A stretch of DNA of 64,000 nt, taken from IMG/VR virus record IMGVR_UViG_3300037541_000522, positions 1 to 64,000 of that record; one strand, written 5' to 3'. Numbering within the stretch: position 1 is the first letter of the stretch; each line of letters opens with the position of its first letter. The position numbers and the translations under genes are program-made. This document shows positions 57,465 to 64,000 of the stretch, one piece after another. This DNA is from a virus. The notes under the pieces are model-generated. The model saw only the letters and a program-made list of their open reading frames with translations. It was not told the DNA's origin and did not search any database.

Positions 57465-57760
57465 CCCCACTCCCTAAAGTGGCTTCATAGTGTCTTGTTA
57501 CTATTGGGCGACGGCCCGCAGGTCTAGAATGTCCAGTTACGTAGTCCACCATCACTAGTAACTTTTATCGCCCTGTTGCGCGGTATAGTCTAGGGATACG
57601 ACTATGTAAGCGTGGCGGGAACTATTATATGCAGGTGCTCATTCCTGCTTGCTCTAGACTTCACTGTTCACGTTGTACAGTCGAATATCTTTACGGGGTA
57701 CGACCCCAGCCTAGTCACCAGCCTAGAGTTTATAGGTTCAGCGTGAGCAGCGCAATTACG
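57462..57760 (-). ncRNA. Unidentified ~300-nt structured RNA (candidate)
   Basis: No ORF in the track; many nested stems (see findings). Confidence 0.6.
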
Positions 57761-57763
57761 GAT

Positions 57764-57823
57764 GTTGACTAGAAATAAGTTTTCCCAGTTCAGGCTTTAG
57801 AGTGCCTTATCGGGCTAGTCAAC
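57764..57823 (-). ncRNA. 60-nt stem-loop element (candidate)
   Basis: GUUGACUAG...CUAGUCAAC 9-bp closing stem with inner stems. Confidence 0.5.
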
Positions 57824-57825
57824 AA

Positions 57826-57924
57826 CCATATTGAAACACACTGTGGTCTATACATACTTTCCTTGAGAGGTATGTGGTGTACCAGCCCTGATCTTTTTAG
57901 GGATTTTAATGTGCTTCAATATGG
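57826..57924 (-). ncRNA. 99-nt branched RNA closed by a 17-bp stem (candidate)
   Basis: CCAUAUUGAAGCACAUU/AGUGUGUUUCAAUAUGG with G-U pairs on the minus strand. Confidence 0.6.
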
Positions 57925-58008
57925 TGGATGCGGATGGATTCGAACCACCAGCGTTTCTAGTGTCACGAGTTTACAGCCCGCTGCCGTCAACCATTTGGCT
58001 ACGCATCC
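57922..58008 (-). tRNA. tRNA-Tyr (GTA)
   Basis: CTGTAAA loop, variable arm, ACCA. Confidence 0.92.
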
Positions 58009-58194
58009 ATAGTAAAGTATTTTGCTTACTGCCTGCTCGCGCATGAGTTAATCTTCCTGCCATATGATCCCGCTAAGGATCGGCTACGATTAACTTCAGC
58101 CCGCTTTAGGGATATACCGGCCGGGTACCCTTATTTCTCTGGGCTGCAATGTCCTGTTTATTTCACCTAGGACGAACAAAATACTTAACTATGG
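58007..58194 (-). ncRNA. ~185-nt multibranched RNA between tRNA-Leu and tRNA-Tyr (candidate)
   Basis: 17/18-bp closing stem plus GUCCU/AGGAC, CAGCCC/GGGCUG, GUUAAUC/GAUUAAC arms. Confidence 0.65.
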
Positions 58195-58274
58195 TGCCCT
58201 GGGACGGACTCGAACCGTCACGCTCGCGCACTGGCTTCTAAGACCAGCGTGTCTACCAATTCCACCACCTGGGC
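58192..58274 (-). tRNA. tRNA-Leu (TAG)
   Basis: CTTAGAA loop, ACCA. Confidence 0.92.
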
Positions 58275-58367
58275 ATGGTAACGATCTAAGGTTTTAATCG
58301 TTGTGGCTCATGCACCCCAAGCTGACGCTTGTTGAGCTTTTGCGGTTTGTGCCGCCCCATATATAAT

Positions 58368-58487
58368 ATTATACAGTATTAGTTAGCGTGAATCAAGACA
58401 AGAAATTAAACGGTAATAGTTGTATTGCTATTTCTTTCTTAATTCACACTATACACATATTATATCACGTTTACTGGTCTAGTGCAA
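58368..58487 (-). promoter_or_regulatory. Two tandem sigma70-type promoters driving the RNA operon
   Basis: TTGCAC-17-TATAAT (58487-58459) and TTGATT-17-TATAAT (58396-58368). Confidence 0.8.
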
Positions 58488-58489
58488 GT

Positions 58490-59491
58490 CTAAATTTTCA
58501 TTTGCTTGACAAAAGCAGCCTGAGCAAGGTTTTTCTCTTTGGACTCTAGCATAATGTCGCTATACTCTAGAAAACTACCGGCCCACTCGTTACAAGCTAG
58601 GTTCCAGTAGTAGTCACTATGTGCACGCAATTTAGCTCGCGTGAATCCTTGTGTTAACAATTCCTGCAGGTTGGGTCGGGCATTGCGATCATGTTCGACT
58701 ACAACATCTTCACGACTCAAGCTGTAGTGGATTACTGGCCTAACACCTCGCCAAGATTCCCATAACCGCTGTACACGAGGATCGGTTGGCTCAATGTATT
58801 CCCCACTCATAATCCAGTGATGGTGAATGTCTAGGACTAGTGCACAGTGATCTACTAGCTCTAGACTAGCATTAATACCCCAGCTAAACTCAGCGTTCTC
58901 AATGGTAAGCACATTGCGAGCTTCACGACTAAGACGCTTAAGTGCTTGTTTGATACCTTCTGGACCTTGTTTGCCACCAATATGTACGTTGCACTTAAAG
59001 TCTTGAAATTCACGACCATAACCCATGTAGCGAATAAGGTCTACATGATACTCAAACTCTTGAATAGAGTTTTCAACAACATTTGGGTTTTCACTAGCTA
59101 GTACACAAAACTGACCGGGATGAAAACTAAGTCGAATATCGTGTTGTCTAGCTAGGTTGCCAATCATATCAAATCTAGCCTCTAGCTCGCGAACTACGTC
59201 TGGCTCCCAGTACCACCACGACCAGTCGTCGTGGGTATATGCTGGAAGCAAGTCGCTGCTTAGGCGGAACATACGCTCTTGTGCTGGCTTTTTAGCTACC
59301 CACTCTAGTTGCCTGATTATGGCGTTAGTATTCTTGTCCAGAATACCCCATAGCTTGGCTACAGCTACATCTCGGGTCTGATTATTTAGCCAAGTAATTG
59401 TGGTAGTGCCGGTGTTTAGGCCTGGAGCTGCTTTGTCATGGCTTTCTTGAATCTTGCAAGCAAAACCAACTCTGGGGTGTTGTTTGAACAT
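58490..59491 (-). CDS. uvsE: UV-damage endonuclease
   Basis: GFACK, FRLSSDLLP, RLSFHPGQF, LTIEN, LDIHHH, RAHSDY. Confidence 0.92.
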   Translation of the reverse strand: MFKQHPRVGFACKIQESHDKAAPGLNTGTTTITWLNNQTRDVAVAKLWGILDKNTNAIIRQLEWVAKKPAQERMFRLSSDLLPAYTHDDWSWWYWEPDVVRELEARFDMIGNLARQHDIRLSFHPGQFCVLASENPNVVENSIQEFEYHVDLIRYMGYGREFQDFKCNVHIGGKQGPEGIKQALKRLSREARNVLTIENAEFSWGINASLELVDHCALVLDIHHHWIMSGEYIEPTDPRVQRLWESWRGVRPVIHYSLSREDVVVEHDRNARPNLQELLTQGFTRAKLRAHSDYYWNLACNEWAGSFLEYSDIMLESKEKNLAQAAFVKQMKI

Positions 59492-59679
59492 TATCGTGTG
59501 TTTTTATAGTTACGGACTGCTTCGGCGTCCAAGCTAGCATAGACTCTGAATTTGTCTTTGCCGACTTGGTCGTAGAGGTCGCTAGCCAGTTTGTACTGCT
59601 TTTCGGTGGTTTCAAGTCCCAGTGGCTCATATCTGCTCGCAAAACATTCCAACAAAAATTCACGGGTATAGCCTGCCAT
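59491..59679 (-). CDS. Small hypothetical protein (MAGYTREFL...)
   Basis: GGAG RBS downstream of a promoter. Confidence 0.65.
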   Translation of the reverse strand: MAGYTREFLLECFASRYEPLGLETTEKQYKLASDLYDQVGKDKFRVYASLDAEAVRNYKNTR

Positions 59680-59703
59680 GTTTTCTTCTCCAAATGAAAA
59701 GAT

Positions 59704-59732
59704 ATTATAGCACACCGTATCCACTAAGTCAA
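59704..59732 (-). promoter_or_regulatory. sigma70-type promoter
   Basis: TTGACT-17-TATAAT. Confidence 0.8.
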
Positions 59733-59834
59733 GATTAAAAATAACCCAACTACACACCCCACAACAATAATTAGTCGCTCTACTACGGTAAAACTTCCAC
59801 AATGTATAAAGTTGTGTAATCGGATATTCATAGC

Positions 59835-60692
59835 CTACTCCAAGTCAATCCAGACTTTACTGCTAGCCTGTTCAAAACGCTCAGCCTGTCGCTCGTAACC
59901 AGCATATCCACGAGGATTACTTACCACACGGCAACTACCGATCTGGTAGTCATTCATCGAATGCACATGACCATGTGCCCATAGCTTAACCTGCGGATTG
60001 TCTAGGATGATGTTAGTAAGATCACTGTAGTATGCATGGTTGATATAACCATGTACGTGCTCACGGTACTCACTAGCAATTGACTCGTAGCTAGGAGCAT
60101 GGTGAGTCATCACAATAGTTTTGTGGTTGGGGTAGGCTAGTAGAAATTCTTCTAGTCGAGCACGGCTATACCGGTGCTCTTGCTCACTATCACTAGGGGT
60201 GAACTTGTTAGTCCAGTAGCCACCACCAGCTCCCTCTACAAACCTAGCAGGCTCGTGTTTGATTACTTGGTAATCACTCATGAGTCCACCAATAGCATGG
60301 GCAACTGTGGGATTGCCACGATCATTATCCGTCCACATGGTAGCGCCCCAGATCAGGTAATCTTCAATCTTAACATAACTGTTTTGTAGAATAGTTACGT
60401 TAGGGGGTAGAAGGGGTTCAATACGCTTACGCGCAGTTGAGAAATCATGCTGGTAGTACTCGTGATTGCCAAACACGTATAGGACCTGTGCATACTTAGG
60501 CAGTTGGGTATCACAAAACTTGTGGTACGCATCTAGAGTACTCATACCACGACCCACATTGTGTGCTAGTCGGATATGTCCTGCCTCTAAGAGGTCACCG
60601 CATAGGAGCAGGAGATCACCACCCGGCAGGACTAGTGTGTCGTGTCCGGTATCAAAGTTAATGTGTAGGTCGCTAGCGATATGCACTCGCAT
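59835..60692 (-). CDS. Metallophosphoesterase
   Basis: SDLH, CGD, GNHEYY, THHAP, HGHVH, NPRGY. Confidence 0.9.
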   Translation of the reverse strand: MRVHIASDLHINFDTGHDTLVLPGGDLLLLCGDLLEAGHIRLAHNVGRGMSTLDAYHKFCDTQLPKYAQVLYVFGNHEYYQHDFSTARKRIEPLLPPNVTILQNSYVKIEDYLIWGATMWTDNDRGNPTVAHAIGGLMSDYQVIKHEPARFVEGAGGGYWTNKFTPSDSEQEHRYSRARLEEFLLAYPNHKTIVMTHHAPSYESIASEYREHVHGYINHAYYSDLTNIILDNPQVKLWAHGHVHSMNDYQIGSCRVVSNPRGYAGYERQAERFEQASSKVWIDLE

Positions 60693-60722
60693 GATGTTCT
60701 CTGTGTGAATTATTTATAAAAT

Positions 60723-60751
60723 ATTATATAATTTTTGAGATTTAGGGTCAA
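60723..60751 (-). promoter_or_regulatory. sigma70-type promoter
   Basis: TTGACC-17-TATAAT. Confidence 0.8.
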
Positions 60752-60763
60752 GATAGAAATCTT

Positions 60764-60838
60764 TGGCCCGGCCGGAGGGAATCGAACCCCCATTCGCACT
60801 TTAGAAGAATGCTGTCCTATCCGTTGAACGACGGCCAG
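60764..60838 (-). tRNA. tRNA-Arg (TCT)
   Basis: CTTCTAA loop, GCCA. Confidence 0.9.
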
Positions 60839-60842
60839 TGTT

Positions 60843-61094
60843 TTACATACCAGCTATATCCCTGCATACACTACAAATGGGATTTTGATCTAGGTCTAGG
60901 ATTAGTCGCTTAGACCAGATGTTACAGTGTGTACACTGCTCTATGCCAATGTCCATTTCTAGTATACTTTCGTAGTCTAGGTCAAGTTCATTGCATACTT
61001 TTTTAAGCGGCACACGGGTACGCTCTAGGCGTTTAACCAGCTCACTTAGTTTCAGGCTTCCAGCGGTCATCGAGTTCACGGTGTGTTTTTTCAA
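60843..61094 (-). CDS. Small zinc-ribbon protein
   Basis: CTHC...CSVC. Confidence 0.55.
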   Translation of the reverse strand: MKKHTVNSMTAGSLKLSELVKRLERTRVPLKKVCNELDLDYESILEMDIGIEQCTHCNIWSKRLILDLDQNPICSVCRDIAGM

Positions 61095-61497
61095 ATTCTA
61101 GGAGGAACATAATGCAACACATAGCATGAGCTAGGTGGCTTAGTCCCGATTCAGGGTCACGATCTTCGCCGTCTTGAAAAGCTAGGATGTGACGTAGTGC
61201 TGCACTAAGTGGACGAGACCACTCAAATCCGCCACGCCAATTATGTGCAGCGTACTTCTCTTTGCCAAAGGCTAGTACCATAGCAGTTTGATGTAGTGCT
61301 TCACTGCTGAGTAGGCTCATAGGAGCCTTATAACTATCGTACTTTAGTGCAGTACCTTGCGGTTTTGGTGTAGCCTCTTGCCAAGCAGGCTTACTCCAGC
61401 CAGGCCCAAAAAACTGATTTGTTTCTATAGCCTGCTTCATTTTGTCTACTTCTTCTTGCGAGTATAGTGGTGTTTGTGTAAAATTTATAGTTGTCAT
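61042..61497 (-). CDS. dATP/dGTP diphosphohydrolase-like (DUF5664) protein
   Basis: KYD..K, FGKEKY..HNW, ALRH, DPESGLSHLAHA. Confidence 0.85.
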   Translation of the reverse strand: MTTINFTQTPLYSQEEVDKMKQAIETNQFFGPGWSKPAWQEATPKPQGTALKYDSYKAPMSLLSSEALHQTAMVLAFGKEKYAAHNWRGGFEWSRPLSAALRHILAFQDGEDRDPESGLSHLAHAMCCIMFLLEFEKTHRELDDRWKPETK

Positions 61498-61512
61498 GGT
61501 TGTAGTATAGAC

Positions 61513-61698
61513 AAAGGCGGCCAAGTCTCGTAGGAGAACTTGGCCGCGGGAACACACTTACCTGTACACAGGACTTATAGTGTAGCATCCAACTTGTACC
61601 TCCAAGCCGTGTACGGCCCAGATTATATAGTGGATTAAGGCATTTGAGTTGTTTCTTGCAACTAGCAGTTCGTGGTCAAATCCTTGAACACCACGCAA
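61513..61698 (-). ncRNA. Candidate ~185-nt small RNA/leader between promoter and terminator
   Basis: Several hairpins; ends in GCGGCCAAGU...ACUUGGCCGC-CUUU. Confidence 0.6.
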
Positions 61699-61704
61699 AG
61701 TAAT

Positions 61705-61733
61705 ATTATAGCATTTGTGGAAGATTATGTCAA
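61705..61733 (-). promoter_or_regulatory. Consensus sigma70 promoter
   Basis: TTGACA-17-TATAAT. Confidence 0.88.
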
Positions 61734-61735
61734 CG

Positions 61736-61918
61736 CTACTTTTTTGGTGGTTTAAATAGTGCGGGAACCTGCTGTTCACGACGAACCGCAAGTGTTTCTA
61801 TAAGTTCATTTACTTTAGGACTAGTTTCTATGGTGTGTTCTCTATTATACTTTAAATACGTAGGAAGCAATTCTTGTCTAATAACCTGTTCTAGGTTTTT
61901 AGTGTAATCTGTTTGCAT
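61736..61918 (-). CDS. Small hypothetical protein (MQTDYTKN...)
   Basis: GGAGG RBS. Confidence 0.6.
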   Translation of the reverse strand: MQTDYTKNLEQVIRQELLPTYLKYNREHTIETSPKVNELIETLAVRREQQVPALFKPPKK

Positions 61919-61942
61919 AGTAAATCCTCCACAATTTTTATA

Positions 61943-62046
61943 ATTATAGCACTCTAGCAGAACCTTGTGCAACACAAAATTTTTATTGCCCATCAAAGAC
62001 CTGGTTATATTTCGGACTTGATTTATTTTTGTTGATAGAGTATAAT
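61943..62046. promoter_or_regulatory. Divergent promoter pair at the strand switch
   Basis: Minus: TTGCAC-18-TATAAT (61972-61943). Plus: TTGATT-17-TATAAT (62018-62046). Confidence 0.75.
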
Positions 62047-62111
62047 ATATAATCTAGTCATTACTTTTTAGGCTAGAACCCATTAATAACCTTTACCAAA
62101 TCACACCAAAA

Positions 62112-62258
62112 ATGCAAATCGTAAAAATGGATAAAGTGCCGCTTCTAGCTAACGAATTCCTATTCTATCTAGACGCATGGCTTCATTGTTACAAAAATCA
62201 AATTGATCTTAACCGAATCCAACGAAAGAACTGGCAAGTATGGCAAATTGTAGACTAA
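62112..62258 (+). CDS. Small hypothetical protein (48 aa)
   Basis: Manual translation MQIVKMDKVPLLANEFLFYLDAWLHC... Confidence 0.45.
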   Translation: MQIVKMDKVPLLANEFLFYLDAWLHCYKNQIDLNRIQRKNWQVWQIVD

Positions 62259-62297
62259 ACTAGTGTGTGATTTGAGCAATCCACCAAGGAGGCTCAA

Positions 62298-62723
62298 ATG
62301 AAAAAGTTTTTTGTTGTGTTGTGTGGCGCAGTGCTAATTTCTGCTGCTGGGGCAAAGCCCACGGATCCAGAAACACAGTGCTTGGCCCGTAATGTTTACC
62401 ACGAAGCTCGTGGTGAATCTTGGCAGGGTAAGATGGCAGTGGCTATAACTACCATAAATCGTACTAATCACTGGCAGTTTCCTAAAACTATTTGTAAAGT
62501 AGTTTATCAACCCGGACAGTTTCACTGGACTAGAAACAAACATCTTAGGATAACTGATATACCGGCTTGGAATGATAGCATCCTAGTAGCACTTATTGCA
62601 CAAGAGTTTGCACATGAGTATGCAAAACACTTTCCTGCACTATACTTTCACAATCACACAGTTCGTCCACGTTGGCAACACCGCAAGCTGGCTACTATAG
62701 GTCGGCACACATTTTACCACTAA
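62298..62723 (+). CDS. Cell-wall hydrolase, SleB/Hydrolase_2 family
   Basis: CLARNVYHEARGE, FPKTICKVVYQPGQF, IGRHTFY; signal peptide. Confidence 0.9.
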   Translation: MKKFFVVLCGAVLISAAGAKPTDPETQCLARNVYHEARGESWQGKMAVAITTINRTNHWQFPKTICKVVYQPGQFHWTRNKHLRITDIPAWNDSILVALIAQEFAHEYAKHFPALYFHNHTVRPRWQHRKLATIGRHTFYH

Positions 62724-62724
62724 A

Positions 62725-63624
62725 ATGAGCAATATAAAAGCTACTATTATCAGGGACAGTGTATATACTCCCACTAAGTCCAGAATTACTACATTTGAAA
62801 TTGAGTACCCACGCTTTATCCTAGCTGAGTTTAATACTCACCGTATGCTATCGCGCAATACAGCTAGTTCGCGTGCAATTCCTGTACAAAAAATGCACGA
62901 ACACATTCGTGATAACACTGCGGTTCCTGTGGTTTGGGGTCAAAATAAAGCAGGCATGCAAGCAGATGAAGAAATACTGCCAGATATGCAAAACTATGCT
63001 AGGCTAACTTGGATGGAAGCTCGAGATAGTGCTATTCGCTACAGCAGGTTACTAGCAGATTTTGATGTACACAAGCAGATTACTAACCGGCTCACAGAGC
63101 CATTTCAAATTGTTAAAACTGTAGTAACTGCGACGGAGTGGGAAAACTTCTTCTGGCTACGAGACCATGAGATGGCACAGCCTGAGTTTAAGGAACTTGC
63201 CCATCAAATGCATGAACTGTACCGCGCATCACAACCTCAAGCACTACAACCGGACGAATGGCACCTACCCTATGTTCGTACAACTCGTGCTGCTAATCAT
63301 ACGCAGATGTTTATTGATGAACAAACAGGCCTAGAAATCAAGCTGGCCGACGCTATCAAGATTAGTGCTAGTTGTTGTGCACAGGTAAGCTATCGCAAGC
63401 AGGATACCTCACTAGACAAAGCTATTCGTATCTATGATCAATTAGTAGAATCTAAACCCGCACACGCTAGTCCAGTTGAACATCAGGCTACTCCTATTAC
63501 GCAGTGGGATACCCTAGAGCGTATTGGTGTATCGCATCAGGATCGATATGGTCAGCTATGGTCGGGCAACTTCTGCGGTTGGGTTCAATACCGCAAACTT
63601 ATTCCAGGAGAAGCAAAGTGGTAA
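62725..63624 (+). CDS. thyX: Flavin-dependent thymidylate synthase-like protein
   Basis: EFNTHRMLSRNTASSR signature; HKQITNRL; HASPVEH. Confidence 0.85.
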   Translation: MSNIKATIIRDSVYTPTKSRITTFEIEYPRFILAEFNTHRMLSRNTASSRAIPVQKMHEHIRDNTAVPVVWGQNKAGMQADEEILPDMQNYARLTWMEARDSAIRYSRLLADFDVHKQITNRLTEPFQIVKTVVTATEWENFFWLRDHEMAQPEFKELAHQMHELYRASQPQALQPDEWHLPYVRTTRAANHTQMFIDEQTGLEIKLADAIKISASCCAQVSYRKQDTSLDKAIRIYDQLVESKPAHASPVEHQATPITQWDTLERIGVSHQDRYGQLWSGNFCGWVQYRKLIPGEAKW

Positions 63625-63818
63625 AAAATATTGGATTTAATTTATTAGCCCTATTACTTTTTCTACCACTACTAGTAGGCGTGGTTGATTTGTGGGCACT
63701 AATTATGCTGGACACTACATTTATTGTGGAATGGGATTCTCAAAAGTTTACGGGTGCTTGGTTGCTTAGCATTGCTGGTGTTTTTGTTAAAATTGCACAT
63801 ACCTGGAGTAAGGCATAA
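63618..63818 (+). CDS. Small two-TM membrane protein
   Basis: Hydrophobic part of track ORF 63504..63818; GTG start after GGAG. Confidence 0.5.
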   Translation: MVKNIGFNLLALLLFLPLLVGVVDLWALIMLDTTFIVEWDSQKFTGAWLLSIAGVFVKIAHTWSKA

Positions 63819-64000
63819 TGAGAACCCACTATTGGTCGTGTACACCACTAGCGGACAGGATTCGTGGTACACTTAAGCCCACAGCCTTGGGCTGGGACGA
63901 GTGGGAAGGCTGGAAGGTAGAAGCTAAGCAAAAACATCCCCTACGCTACTGGATTGCCGAAACACTTCTAGATAAGGTACAAGCCACCATCCACTGGGTT
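63818..64000 (+). CDS. Hypothetical protein, 3'-truncated (MRTHYWSCTPLADRIRG...)
   Basis: Open to the window end. Confidence 0.6.
   Translation, partial: MRTHYWSCTPLADRIRGTLKPTALGWDEWEGWKVEAKQKHPLRYWIAETLLDKVQATIHWV

Noticed and set aside
57462-58194. RNase P RNA, SRP RNA, Y RNA or group I intron identity for the unknown RNAs
   Set aside because: Could not find GAGGAAAGUCC/ACAGAA.CCGGC (RNase P), the SRP domain IV motif, the bulged-C Ro-binding helix, or P7 catalytic core sequences.
61391-61791. ORFs 61391..61588 and 61558..61791
   Set aside because: They cross a consensus promoter and a terminator hairpin and lack an RBS; the region is better explained as RNA.

Overview
This is a 64 kb segment of a large, AT-rich tailed dsDNA phage with a T5-like (Demerecviridae-type) replication backbone. 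The host is probably a freshwater betaproteobacterium; this is inferred from the tmRNA tag ANDETFALAA and the PstS style. Layout: (1) 1-24.6 kb, + strand late region, with a repeat-rich tail protein, several tail-fibre/adhesin genes including a 2563-aa modular fibre, a cysteine-rich envelope module, spanins, a GH19 endolysin and phoH. (2) 24.6-45.7 kb, - strand T5-syntenic block (D3, split NAD ligase, D5, D6 helicase, primase, PolA, D10-D15, dUTPase) with a class II RNR and inserted pstS, class II aldolase and glutaredoxin genes. (3) 45.7-62 kb, - strand tRNA/accessory region with 18 conventional tRNAs, one aberrant tRNA-like gene, a circularly permuted two-piece tmRNA, Hsp20, a C5-methyltransferase, UvsE and many sigma70-type promoters. 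(4) 62-64 kb, divergent + strand genes (cell-wall hydrolase, thyX). The best candidates for undescribed biology are: a self-contained fibre/needle-like operon inside the tRNA cluster (53.5-57.0 kb), a ~950-nt tRNA-punctuated operon of unidentified structured RNAs (57.4-58.4 kb), a promoter-to-terminator small RNA with complementary hairpin loops (61.5-61.7 kb), and the permuted tmRNA. All family assignments come from motif recognition by eye; no database searches were run.
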